Of a stretch of 64,000 nucleotides of DNA, positions 53,686-64,000 are shown one piece after another. Under the pieces are notes generated by a model that saw nothing but the letters and a program-made list of their open reading frames with translations, searched no databases and was not told the DNA's origin. The DNA comes from Octopus vulgaris. Lineage: Eukaryota. The position numbers and the translations under genes were made by a program. Positions within the stretch are counted from its first letter, which is position 1. Every line of letters starts with the position of its first letter. The DNA is taken from NCBI GenBank assembly GCA_951406725.2, contig OX597822.1, positions 85,126,001 to 85,190,000 of the forward strand, written 5' to 3'.

Positions 53686-54829
53686 TGTACACATATATAT
53701 ATGCATGCAAATATATGTTCGTATGTATGTGTGTGTGTATGTATGTATGTATGTACGTATGTATGTATGTATGTATGTATGTATGTATGTATGTATGTAT
53801 GTATGTATGTATGTATGTATGTATGTATGTATGTATGTGTGTGTATATGTGTGTATGTATGTTTGTGTATGTTTGTATGTATGTATGTATGTATGTATGT
53901 ATGTATGTATGTATGTATGTATGCATGTATTTAAAGGGTGTTTCTTCCTTAATTAAAGAACTTCTAAGATTTCTCTACGATACTAAACTTAAAACAACAA
54001 AAAATATAATTTCATTTACTGAAATCATGAATTTAAGCAAAAACATTTTTTCGTGAGTTTAGAATTTTATTTTAAAACAGCCAAGATGAATTATTCTAAG
54101 ATATTCAAACCCATAAAATTTTAACGAAAAGATAAAAAAAAAAAGCACATCCATTGAATAAAAGAAATTTGTAAAATAAAATATATTACCGAGAAAAATC
54201 TCTTTTACTATCATGTAAGTTGTTTAGCCCCAGGTCAGTCTTATGATTAATGGTATTCCAGTCGTGACAGTCCAACCTTTTGTTTCATATACGATATAAC
54301 AAGAAATATATTATCTAAAACTATTATTTAACCTTTCCTACGTTATTCAAAACACTATGGTAAGATTTTAGCGCGATTTGGCTTCTATTTCTAGCAGGTC
54401 TAGTGATCCCGTACAAGTTTGGTTGTCTGTTAATGTGTTGCATATTTAGCAAACATTCCTCTTTCTTTAAGATAAAACCCAAACTTTTGAAGGTATTCCT
54501 ATTTGATATGTAGCCATTGCTGATAGCATTCTGTCTAATGTTACACTCGCTGCCTGCGTATTATGTTCCGAATACATATTCGGTTGTCAGATATCTTCGT
54601 TCGTTTTTTCCCATCGTCATACGTCTGAAAAGGGGTGAAATTTATTAAAATTTCTTAAACGATAAAAAAAAGTTGTCGAGGAAAAAACAGAGCTACGAGC
54701 CCCACCTCCCATCAAACACAACGGGAAAAATATTTTTAGCATTAATTCAAACACTTTGGAAAGGGTTAAGATAAATGGAAGTGGTTGAAAAGAAAGAATT
54801 TATCTGAAAACGCAATATACTACAGGGGA

Positions 54830-55940
54830 GGAGGTAGCGAGCTGGCAAAATAGTCGGCATGGCGGATAAAATGCTCGACGGCTTTTCGTCCGCTTTTTAC
54901 GTTCAAATGCCATCGAGGATCGGCTTTGCCTTTCATCCTTTCGAGATCGATAAGTACCGGTTGAACACGGGGGTCGACAAAATAAGTACAGGTTGAACAC
55001 TCTGGGTCGATGTAATCGACTTCTCCCACCCATCCCTCCACCAAATTGGTGGACTTCTGCCAAAAGTTTGAAACCATTTTTATTATTTCTATTATTAAGG
55101 CAGCAGCGAGCTGGCAGAAACGTTAGCACGCCGGGCGAAATGCGTAGCCGTATTTCGTCTGCCGTTACGTTCTGAGTTCAAATTCCGCCGAGGTCGACTT
55201 TGCCTTTCATCCTTTCGAGGTCGATAAATAAAGTACCAGTTACGCACTGGGGTCGATGTAATCGACTTAATCCGTTTGTCTGTCCTTGTTTGTCCCTTCT
55301 GTGTTTAGCCCCTTGTGGGTAGTAAAGAAATAGGTATTTCGTCTGCCGTTACGTTCTGAGTTCAAATTCCGCCGAAGTCAACTTTGCCTTTCATCCTTTC
55401 GGTGTCGATAAAATAAGTACCAGTTGCGTATTGGGGACGATCTAATCGACTACCACCCTTCCCCCCAAATTTCGGGCCTTGTACCTAGAGTAGAAAAGAA
55501 AAAAAAATAAGTACCACTTTAGCAATTGGGGTCGATATAATCGACTTCTCCCCTCCCCAAAAATTGCTGGCCTTGTGCTAAAACTTGAAAGCAATATATT
55601 ACACGGAATGTGCTGCGATGGTAAACTGTTTCGATGACAAAGTGTTAAAGACAGTTGAATACATTTTCAACAAATTTACTTTCATTGTTTTCGTTAATAT
55701 TGTTAGAAAAGGATATCAGGCGGTGACCAGACAGAATGGTTAGCACGCCGGACAAACGCCGGACAAAATGCTTAACGGCATCTGGTCCGTCTCTACACTC
55801 TGAGTTCAAATTCCACCGAGCTCGACTTAGCCTTTCATCCTTTCGGGGTCGATAAAATAAGTATTGGGGGGGGGGGGTGTAGCGATGTAATCGACTTATC
55901 CCCTCCTCCAAAATTGCTGGCCTTGTGTTAAAATTTGGTA
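54830..55940 (+). mobile_element. Cluster of SINE family A copies, including a low-divergence dimer at 55097-55500
   Basis: Repeated heads GGCAGCAGCGAGCTGGCAGAAACGTTAGCACGCC and family bodies. Confidence 0.9.
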
Positions 55941-56194
55941 AAGGGGATGAAGGCAACAGCAACATCACAGTTTTCTTTCTCTGTTCTTATAAAGAAACAA
56001 GGCTATACGGTGCATTCTTATTATGTTGCCGTTGCATATCATCCGTTCGGTGCAATGTAGTTGAGAGAGGTGTGAGGGAGCAAAGTAGTCTCCACCTGAA
56101 CAGAACCGCACAAGGGAAAGCTTCACTGTCGCTGCAGCACAATTCTCTTATGCAGAACTGACGCGTTGAACTTGTGTAATGATGATGATGATGA

Positions 56195-56405
56195 TCCTTT
56201 CTACTATAGGTACAAGGCCTGGAATTTTGGGGAAGAGGAAGTCGATCACATCGACCCCAGTGCTCAACTGGTACTTACTTTATCGATCCTGAAAAGATGA
56301 AAAGCAAAGTCGACCTGGGCAGAATTTGAACTCAAAACGTATAGGCGGAAGAAATGCTGCGAGCATTTTCCCGGATTGCTAACGATTCTGCCAGCTTGTT
56401 GCCTT
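56195..56405 (-). mobile_element. SINE family A
   Basis: Reverse complement of head, body and AGTAGAAAGGA tail into (ATC)n. Confidence 0.85.
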
Positions 56406-56427
56406 ATAGCTTTATATTATATAGTGA

Positions 56428-56742
56428 AGGCTCGTGGCTTCGTGGTACGTGCATTCGGCTCACGATCGTAAGGTTGTGAGTTCAATTCCTGACGACGCGT
56501 TGTGCCCTTGAGCAAGACACTTTATTTCACGTTGTTCCAGTCCACTCAGCTGGCAAAAATGAGTAGTACCTGTATTTCAAAGGGCTGGCCTTGTCACACT
56601 TTGTGTCATGATGAATCTCCCTGAGAACTACATTAAGGGTACACGTGTCTGTGGAGCACTCAGCCACTTGTACATTAATTTCACGAGTAAGCTGTTCTGT
56701 TGATCGTATCACCTGGGACCCTCGTCGTCGTAACCGACGGAG
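56428..56742 (+). mobile_element. SINE family C
   Basis: Matches 5956-6257. Confidence 0.85.
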
Positions 56743-57829
56743 TGGAACTTTCCTATTTTTTATATTATATTAAATTATACATTATGTCACATATGTATGT
56801 ATATATCTATGTAATACTTACATGTATGTATGTATGTATGTATGTATGTATGTATGTATGTATGTATGTATGTATGTATGTATGTCATTATTCGGTTTTA
56901 TTTCAATATTTCTTGTCAATAGAAAAAGAACTAGTTTCAATGCTAGATCTAAGACCCCTTCATTGGAATTTCAATATCAGCAAGAGGGTATTTTTGTTTG
57001 TATGTATGTATGTATGTATGTATGTATGTATGTATGTATGTATGTATGTATGTACGTATGTATGAATGAATGAATGTATGTATGTATATATGTGCATATT
57101 TGTATGTTTTATATATTCTCATGCATACAGTTGCATATCTAGACATGCTCATATATATTTAAATGATAAACTTCTGGAAAGTTTTACAGATCTTCACAGT
57201 TCCAGCGATAGATTGGATCTGTAGTCTTCGAATTAGCTTTCTCCTTTCTGGTTTTGAGAAGCCTAATTTCTCAAGATTGGTATCTAAACAGTGTGCCACA
57301 TATACCTGGGTCCCAATAGTTACGGGTATGTATGTATGTATGTATGTATGTATGTATGTACATGCGCTCGTGCGCGCGCGCGTGTCTGTCTGTGTCTAAG
57401 TATATGTTCGAATTTGTGCAGCAGAAGTAAATATATAGGTAGCTGTAGCGTGGGGGGGGTATAATAATGCTTACTTCATTAATCATTTTTAATGGTAAGT
57501 ACTACAAACACGTCTCTTTCCCCCCCTCTCTCTCTCTCTCTCTCTCTCTTCCCTATCTATTCCATTCTCTTTCTTCTGAGCTATATTCAAAGCAGTGATG
57601 ACATTATAATCCTGTCTTAAGCTTACTAAATCTCTCTGCCAACCGACACAATTCAATAATCTGAGACTCTCCAGGAAATTCTCTTCGTTATTCTATGTCA
57701 ACCGATTTATTTTATTTTAGATGCTTTGCGGCCTTACCTTTCTCTCGTCTGTTTTATTGCAACAGTCCAGCAGAAGGTGGCAAAAACTCTCCTGTCCACA
57801 TCCCTACACGAACACTGCTCTATAATATT

Positions 57830-58045
57830 GATTTCAAATTTTGGCACAAGGCCAGCAATTTCGGAGGAGAGCGTAAGTCGATCCATTGACTCCAGTGTTC
57901 AACTGGTTCCTATTTTATCATCGATGCCAGAAGAATGAAATGCAAAATCAACCTCAGCGAAATTTGAACTCAAAACGTAAAAACGGGCGAAATGCCGCTA
58001 AGCATTTCGCCCGGCGTGCTAACGATTCTACCAGCTCGCCGCCTT
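57830..58045 (-). mobile_element. SINE family A
   Basis: Head reverse complement ..CCAGCTCGCCGCCTT near 58045. Confidence 0.8.
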
Positions 58046-58047
58046 CC

Positions 58048-58116
<69 letters not shown>

Positions 58117-58159
58117 TCTATCTTAATCACCCACATGTGCCACGAAACCATTTAGGACA

Positions 58160-59305
58160 ATATAATGACAAAGGACTGTAGGGATTTATATAAAACCGAG
58201 TACACAATAAAAACAATAATAATTAACAATAAAATTGACCTCATTCCCCCGATAAGATGAAAACACCCTTCCCACTTCGGAGCAATCAAAATATACCATG
58301 GATTCCGAGCCATCCTACTCACCAGGAGTATCATGCCTCTCTGGAAATTATACAACGACCCTGGCCCGCAAGTCAAGTGATTTTCATCGACGGCCAGTAG
58401 TCCCGAGGAGGTTGTCGCCCTTACCCGCCGCCAATCATTATGGAGCATCCTCTGACTGCAAGGTCAGACTGGCAAAGGGCTATGAGCGACTGACGATACT
58501 CAAGGTGCCAGTTACCCAACTATGGTCTTCGCTTAGTCTAGGACTGCAACTCTGTCTGACAAACGATAACCAAACCTGCTCACTGTCAAAGAAAAGCTGG
58601 AGATATCGTAACCTCAGCACATGTCTGCGCATCATCAACCATGGCATGTCCAGTCCTCCACGCTGCAGTACTGACACCAAATGGACAGCCTCGTCAGTGG
58701 GTATACGTCTCCCCCCCCCCAAAAAAAAAGCGGAAAAGCAAGCGCTCAATTCTGATGAGACACGAACCGGGGAAAAGCACGATATATAGGCGGTAGTAGA
58801 TAACGAATGCGATGTAAACATTCGCCACCGCCGATCGATTATTTCAGAAAAGTTTCCTCTCAGCCCACTTCTGGATGAGAGTAGTTCCCCTGCGGGTTTT
58901 CTCTTCCCAGACCTGGAGGTCTGGACCAATTGAGATCCTGAACAATTTGACCGATCCCTCCATCCGGCACCCAACGACACTGTTGGACCGCATGGATTTG
59001 CTGCTGGCCCAACGACTTCTAGTTCAGTTTTGCTCCTGTCACTGCCACATATTTCTTTAGAGTAGTTCCCATCATCTCCATATATTTCGTGTCCGATGCT
59101 GTTACACTGACGTCTTCTGCATATGCAAACGCGAATCTTCTGCATCTTAATTCTCACGGGATGCCCTTTGAAACCTCTAACTTCTGTGGTAGTGGCTCTA
59201 GAATCAGTACGTACAGAAACGGGAACAGGGGCATCTTTGACTGTCCGATCGCATAATACTGTACGACTTCCACAGGTGGTCATTTACTCTGACCACTGCA
59301 CGTCA
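58160..59305 (-). mobile_element. Decayed L1/Tx1-type LINE reverse transcriptase fragment
   Basis: Across frameshifts: QRCP..LYVLILEPL.QKL (about 59240-59180), AYAEDVSV (59126-59103), GGLDMPWLMMRRHVLRLRYL. Confidence 0.75.
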
Positions 59306-59608
59306 TCTCGGGCAAGTGTCTTCTATTATTACCATGGGCCGACCAAAACTTTGTGAGTAGATTTGGTAGATGGGGTACATCCACGAAGGTACCACTTTTT
59401 AAAAACCTGCTACTTATTTTATCGATGTCTTTGTCGGACCGCTAGATTATGGGGACATGTACAACATCGGTTGTGAAGCGGTGGTGGGGGACAAACACAT
59501 ACACAATGACACACACACACATATGTATACACACCACACGCACGCACACACACACACACACATATGTATACACACGACACGCACGCACACACACATACAC
59601 ACACACAC

Positions 59609-62555
59609 ATGATGATTGCTTCATCTTGACAGATGATAGCAGTCCCATCAACACACACACCACACCCCATCAGACAGCACAATCACTCCATTGATGAGCC
59701 CTTAAATGACTTTTAAGACTGACAGGGTTTAAAACACAAGTGACAAATATTATTCAAGTTTCTTCGCCGTTTGGAATCTGATTCTGAACGAATGTTTTTG
59801 TGAACTAGCATATATCTTTTAAGTCCAGATATTGTCTTACAAGTTTTGTGACACACAACACAAGTCGTAAGAGGCAGTTGATGTTCAAGATTATAACCTG
59901 TCTCTGGGCATTTCGATTTTCATGTGACTTTACATGATTCACGTATCCTGCTTTCGACAACAGAACACGATCACACATAATATATATCCAATATTCACTG
60001 TTGATTTCAGTTCCAATTGTTTCTTTGCAACAGGCCCTTTTAAACTCAGAGCGCTGAATCATCTTTTCCTCCCAGGCATTGCAGCCAGTCCTTAAAACAC
60101 CTCTCCACTTGTTCCAATCGAGAGCATCAGTTTCCCAATCACTTTTGTTCATATCTATTTTCTTCAGGTTTTCCTTCACACAGTTTTTATACCATTTCCT
60201 CGGCTTATGTTGTGGTTGCTTACCAGAGTTGAGCTCACTATATATAAAAAAGACGTTTTGGCAATCGCTCATCGTTCGTTCTAATAACATGTCCAGCCCA
60301 TCTCATTTGAGCCAAGATAACATGTTGTTCAATTGAGCTACAATGTGCCAAGCTCAAAACTTCTGTATCTGGTGTGAAACATACCCACTTGACTCCCAAG
60401 ATATGTCTGAGGCACTTTTGATGAAATCTCTCCAGCATTTTCAAATGACGCCTGTAAGTGGTCCACATCTCACTCGAATAAAGAAGTGCAGTCAATACAC
60501 ACGTTTTATAGACACTGATCTTTGTCTGCAGGGAAATACCTCTATCTGCCCACACTCGCTTTTCGAGCTTTCCAAAATGCAACACTTCCCTTCCTTATTC
60601 GATAGCTTATCTCTGCATCAAGACCACCATCTCTTGACAGTATGCTTCCAAAGTAAACAAAGGTGTCAATGAGTTCTAACTTTGTTCCATTCACAAAAAT
60701 GTTTGGTTCAGAATATGTTTGTCCTGGCGCGCGAGTAAACATTACTTTCATTTTCCCCAGACTAATTGTGAGTCAGAAAATCAGTCCATTATATGGTGCC
60801 TATTTTCCTCTGAGTGTGCCAACAAATCAGCTTCATCAGCATAAAGTAATTCTCTAACAAGTATTTTGAAAGTCTTTGCTTTGCAGTTAAACCGGGTCAG
60901 ATTAAAAATACGACCAGATGTCCGAAATCTGATTCCGATTCCCCTGTTGCAATCCTTGAAAGCATACCAAAGCAATGCAGCAAAATTAAAAGAGAAAAGT
61001 GTAGGGACAGGAATATCTCCCTGTTTGACACCGTCGTCTACCAAAAATTCATGAGATAGCTCACCATTAAAGACTACCTGAACTTACATGTTTCTGTGTA
61101 ATTCCTTAAAGATGCTCACAAAATGTGCTGGGCAACCAAATTTACACAAATCAAACGTTTTAGTTAAATCTTTAGTTAAATGCTTGTCAAATGCTTTAGC
61201 TAAATCTATAAAGACCTTGTATAGTGGAATTTCTTCTTCTAAGCATTTCTCCCGAACCTGCCTCACAGAAAATATCATGTCCATTGTTCCTCACTCATGT
61301 TTGAAACCACACTGTTCTTCAGGAATCACATGTGGACACACATTCTCAACGAGACGATCTAACATGATTCATGAAAGTATCTTCCGGTATGTGCCAGAAG
61401 AGTTATCCCTCTAGAATTTCCACACACTGCTTTTGGTCCCTTACCCTTGTATATAGAAATTAGAATGCCGTTTATCCATCCCTGTGACACAGAAGATTAA
61501 TTCCAAACACGAGTTATCAGTCTATGAATTTCAGATGAAATATGATCCTCACCTGCTTTCAGAATTTCAACTGAAATACCATTCCACCCAGGAGCTTTAC
61601 CTGATCTCAGTTCATCGAATAGCAGATTTACTTTTTCAATGGAAGGTGTATCGCTCATGTGTTGCTCTATCTCTCTTTGCAGAATGTTGTTTATGATGTC
61701 CATGTTCACTACAGAAGGAGTGTGGAAAAGATCTGCAAAGTGTTATCTCTATCTATTCATTACTCCAGGATGATCTTTAATAACCTCATTCCCATCTTTT
61801 AACTTCAAGGAGACATATAATTATAAATTATAAAACGTTTCAATGTCTTTCTTGTAACAGGCCGCCTGTACTTCCTCAGACAAGTTTCTTCACCAAGTGT
61901 CTTTAAGCTTCTTACAAACCCTGAACTTGAACTCAGTCCTAACCATTTTGTGATCAATATCACAATCAACACCTCGCAATACCCTGAGACTGCACAAATC
62001 TTTCCGAGCGAATACAAAGTCAATCATGTGACCTTGCACTGATCTTGAGTGAATCCAGGTAACTTTATGCTTCAACTTATGATGAAAGGAAGTATTCCCA
62101 ACAACCAACCTTAGCTCAGAGCACATTTGTAGCAGATGCAACTCATTGTTGTTCACCTTTCCCATTCCGTAACGCCCAAGTACATTCCAAGCACCATAGT
62201 CTCTACCAACACGTGCATTAAAGTCACCAAGCACAACCAACTTCTCATTCAAAGAGACTGACAGAATACTTCTTCTCAGATCCTCATGAAATGCGTGGGT
62301 ATTTTCTTCGCTAGTTTTAAGTGTAGCTTATATAAAGAAAACATTTACAAAACGTCTACTAGAAAGTGGGATCCGGAGTTCCATCATGCGTTTGTTTATG
62401 CTTTGTGGTAATTCTAGGACTTTTAGCGAATCACTTCTATTTGTAAACCAAACACCACCTTCTCTTTTTCTCCTTTCGGTTTCCCAACCCAGAATAATGT
62501 GAAACCTGTGGCCCTTTCGACAAGATGATCTTCATCTGAACATTTTGCTTCAGAA
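59609..62555 (-). mobile_element. RTE/BovB-type LINE, main part, pseudogenised
   Basis: APE motifs VLGDFNARVG, TWIHSRS..HMIDFV; RT motifs GKAPG, DMIFSVRQVREKCLE, FIDLAKAFD, GVKQG, LLYADEA, LLYSSEMWT, QMRWAGHVIR; C-terminal C2H2-like LKSHLRAH. Confidence 0.92.
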
Positions 62556-62677
62556 AGAGTAGGAGTGGCTGTGTGGTAAGTAGCTTGCTTACGAACCACA
62601 TGGTTCCGGGGTCTTCTACTATAGCCTTGTGAGTGGATTTGGTAGATGGAAACTGAAAGAAGCCCGTCGTATATATG

Positions 62678-62732
<55 letters not shown>

Positions 62733-62741
<9 letters not shown>

Positions 62742-63528
62742 AAAACTTTATATATAAAGAACGTGAAATTCACGAATTGACGAACACAGAAAACAGACAG
62801 TCATTCAGAGCCTTCATTCTTCAGTCAGAAACCGATTCATCATGGCAAATTTCGGCTGTTTAATTCTGAGATTTGCTCCAAAACGGCTAGCCCCAAGGAA
62901 AAGCTAAGCTATGGGCATTAGATTTCCTTGGTAGAAGGAAAGAATGTGACAACAGAGACGAATAGGAAAACAAGAGACGAAGATAAAATTGGAAACAGTA
63001 ACGAATAACGACAAAATGGGACAAAAACAATTGATCAGCAAGCGTGGGAAGTGGTTACCTTTTCGGTAGAGATGACACGTGTAGTACAGGCGGCTGTCAC
63101 CAATGGAATGGCTTAGTAGCAGCAGGTTGCAAGAAGGTGAGAGAGAAAGAGAGACAGAGAGAGAGAGGGGATTAAGGAGGGCCGAGAACAGAAGCAATGA
63201 CCAAGAGAGAGAGAAAGAAAGAATTAAAGAGGATGGGAGGAAGAGGCGCCAAAATAACTTGGTAAAGAAGCGCCAAAATACCTTGGGGAAGAAGCAATGG
63301 CGAATGGGAAAGGGAAAGTTAAAGTTAAAGAAGTCGTGCAATGGTGGAGATATGACAAACATAAATGGATTGGTGCACGTACGCTGCAATAATATAGAAT
63401 AAAACTTTATATATAAAGAACGTGAAATTCACGAATTGACGAACACGGAAAACAGACAGTCATTCAGAGTCTTCATTCTTCAGTCAGAAACCGATTCATC
63501 ATGGCAAATTTCGGCTGTTTAATTCTGA
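62733..63528 (-). mobile_element. Non-coding retrozyme-like element with 137-bp direct repeats
   Basis: 62733-62869 and 63392-63528 differ at two positions that I can see; period 659 bp; inserted in the SINE's (TA)n. Confidence 0.85.
62818..62887 (-). ncRNA. Rearranged hammerhead-like motif, best-preserved copy
   Basis: GCCGUUUU-GGA-GCAAA-UC|UCAGAA-UUAAACAGCC-GAAA-UUUGC-CAUGAU-GAAUCGGU-UUCUGA-CUGAAGA; stems I and III are each 6 perfect bp. Confidence 0.7.
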
Positions 63529-63755
63529 ATGTGTATATGTTGTGTGTCTGTGTTTGTCCCCCCAACATCGCTTGACAACCGATGCTGGTGTGTTTACGTC
63601 CCCGTAACTTAGCGGTTCGGCAAAAGAGCCGATAGAATAAGTACATGGCTTACAAAGAATAAGTCCTGGGGTCGATTTGCTCGACTAAAAAAGTGGTGCT
63701 CCAGCATGGCCACAGTCAAATGACTGAAGCAAGTAAAAGAGTAAAAGAGAGAGTA

Positions 63756-64000
63756 ACATCAACATTAAGAGGCCTTAGCTCTTTAGTTACAAAAGCTGTT
63801 CTTCTTTCAGGCCTATCTGCTTGACCTAAAAGAGTTCTCATATCATTGTTTAATTCAATTCTTTGTTCATTTCTGCTAAATTGAAATACCGTTAGCCGCA
63901 GTAAACTAACCAACAAAGAAAAAACAGACAATTTTTCGTGCATCTCTTCTAGCTCCTTCCCAGTGTATCCAGGTGAGGAGTGTTCTCCTTAAAAGGGTTG
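63756..64000 (-). mobile_element. RTE/BovB-type LINE 5' part
   Basis: MRTLLGQADRPERRTAFVTKELRPLNVDVTLS continues into LSEAK..LVE..GFTLFWVG near 62555 once the insertion is removed. Confidence 0.85.

Larger units (their letters stand above)
62561..63749 (+). mobile_element. SINE family B inserted in the LINE and itself split by a later insertion
   Basis: Head 62561-62690, tail 63529-63749; AGAGTA duplicated at 62556-62561 and 63750-63755. Confidence 0.88.

Noticed and set aside
58752-58785. CTGATGAG...GAAA on the plus strand
   Set aside because: No stems, and it lies antisense within the Tx1-type coding relic; coincidental.
62904-63402. 161-aa and 99-aa ORFs inside the direct-repeat element
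   Set aside because: Low-complexity purine/pyrimidine-biased sequence with no RT or endonuclease motifs.

Overview
AT-rich, microsatellite-saturated animal genomic DNA. The tRNA-headed SINE families and simple-repeat load look like an octopus-type cephalopod genome (inference from memory, no search run). I find no supportable host protein-coding exon, and nearly all listed ORFs are microsatellite read-throughs. The coding-like sequence is decayed transposons: an RTE/BovB-type LINE (59.6-64 kb), an L1/Tx1-type LINE (58.2-59.3 kb), two CR1-like 3' pieces, an R4/Dong-type endonuclease tail, a Penelope-like RT+GIY-YIG relic (27.4-28.8 kb), a mariner relic and a hAT derivative. The main signal is RNA structure: about ten hammerhead-ribozyme-like motifs in short non-coding elements anchored mostly in (TA)n tracts. 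Several are canonical minimal type I motifs, some inside long palindromes, and one has a G3-C8 swapped core. Four element families carry a rearranged hammerhead whose core strands occur in a non-circularly permuted order (NUH-stemI ... GAAA-stemIII ... stemI'-CUGANGA) with differing but complementary stems. In one of them the 5' end of the insertion falls exactly on the predicted cleavage site. About 9 kb (44.6-53.4 kb) is free of interspersed repeats and looks regulatory. All pairings were read by eye; nothing was folded or searched computationally.
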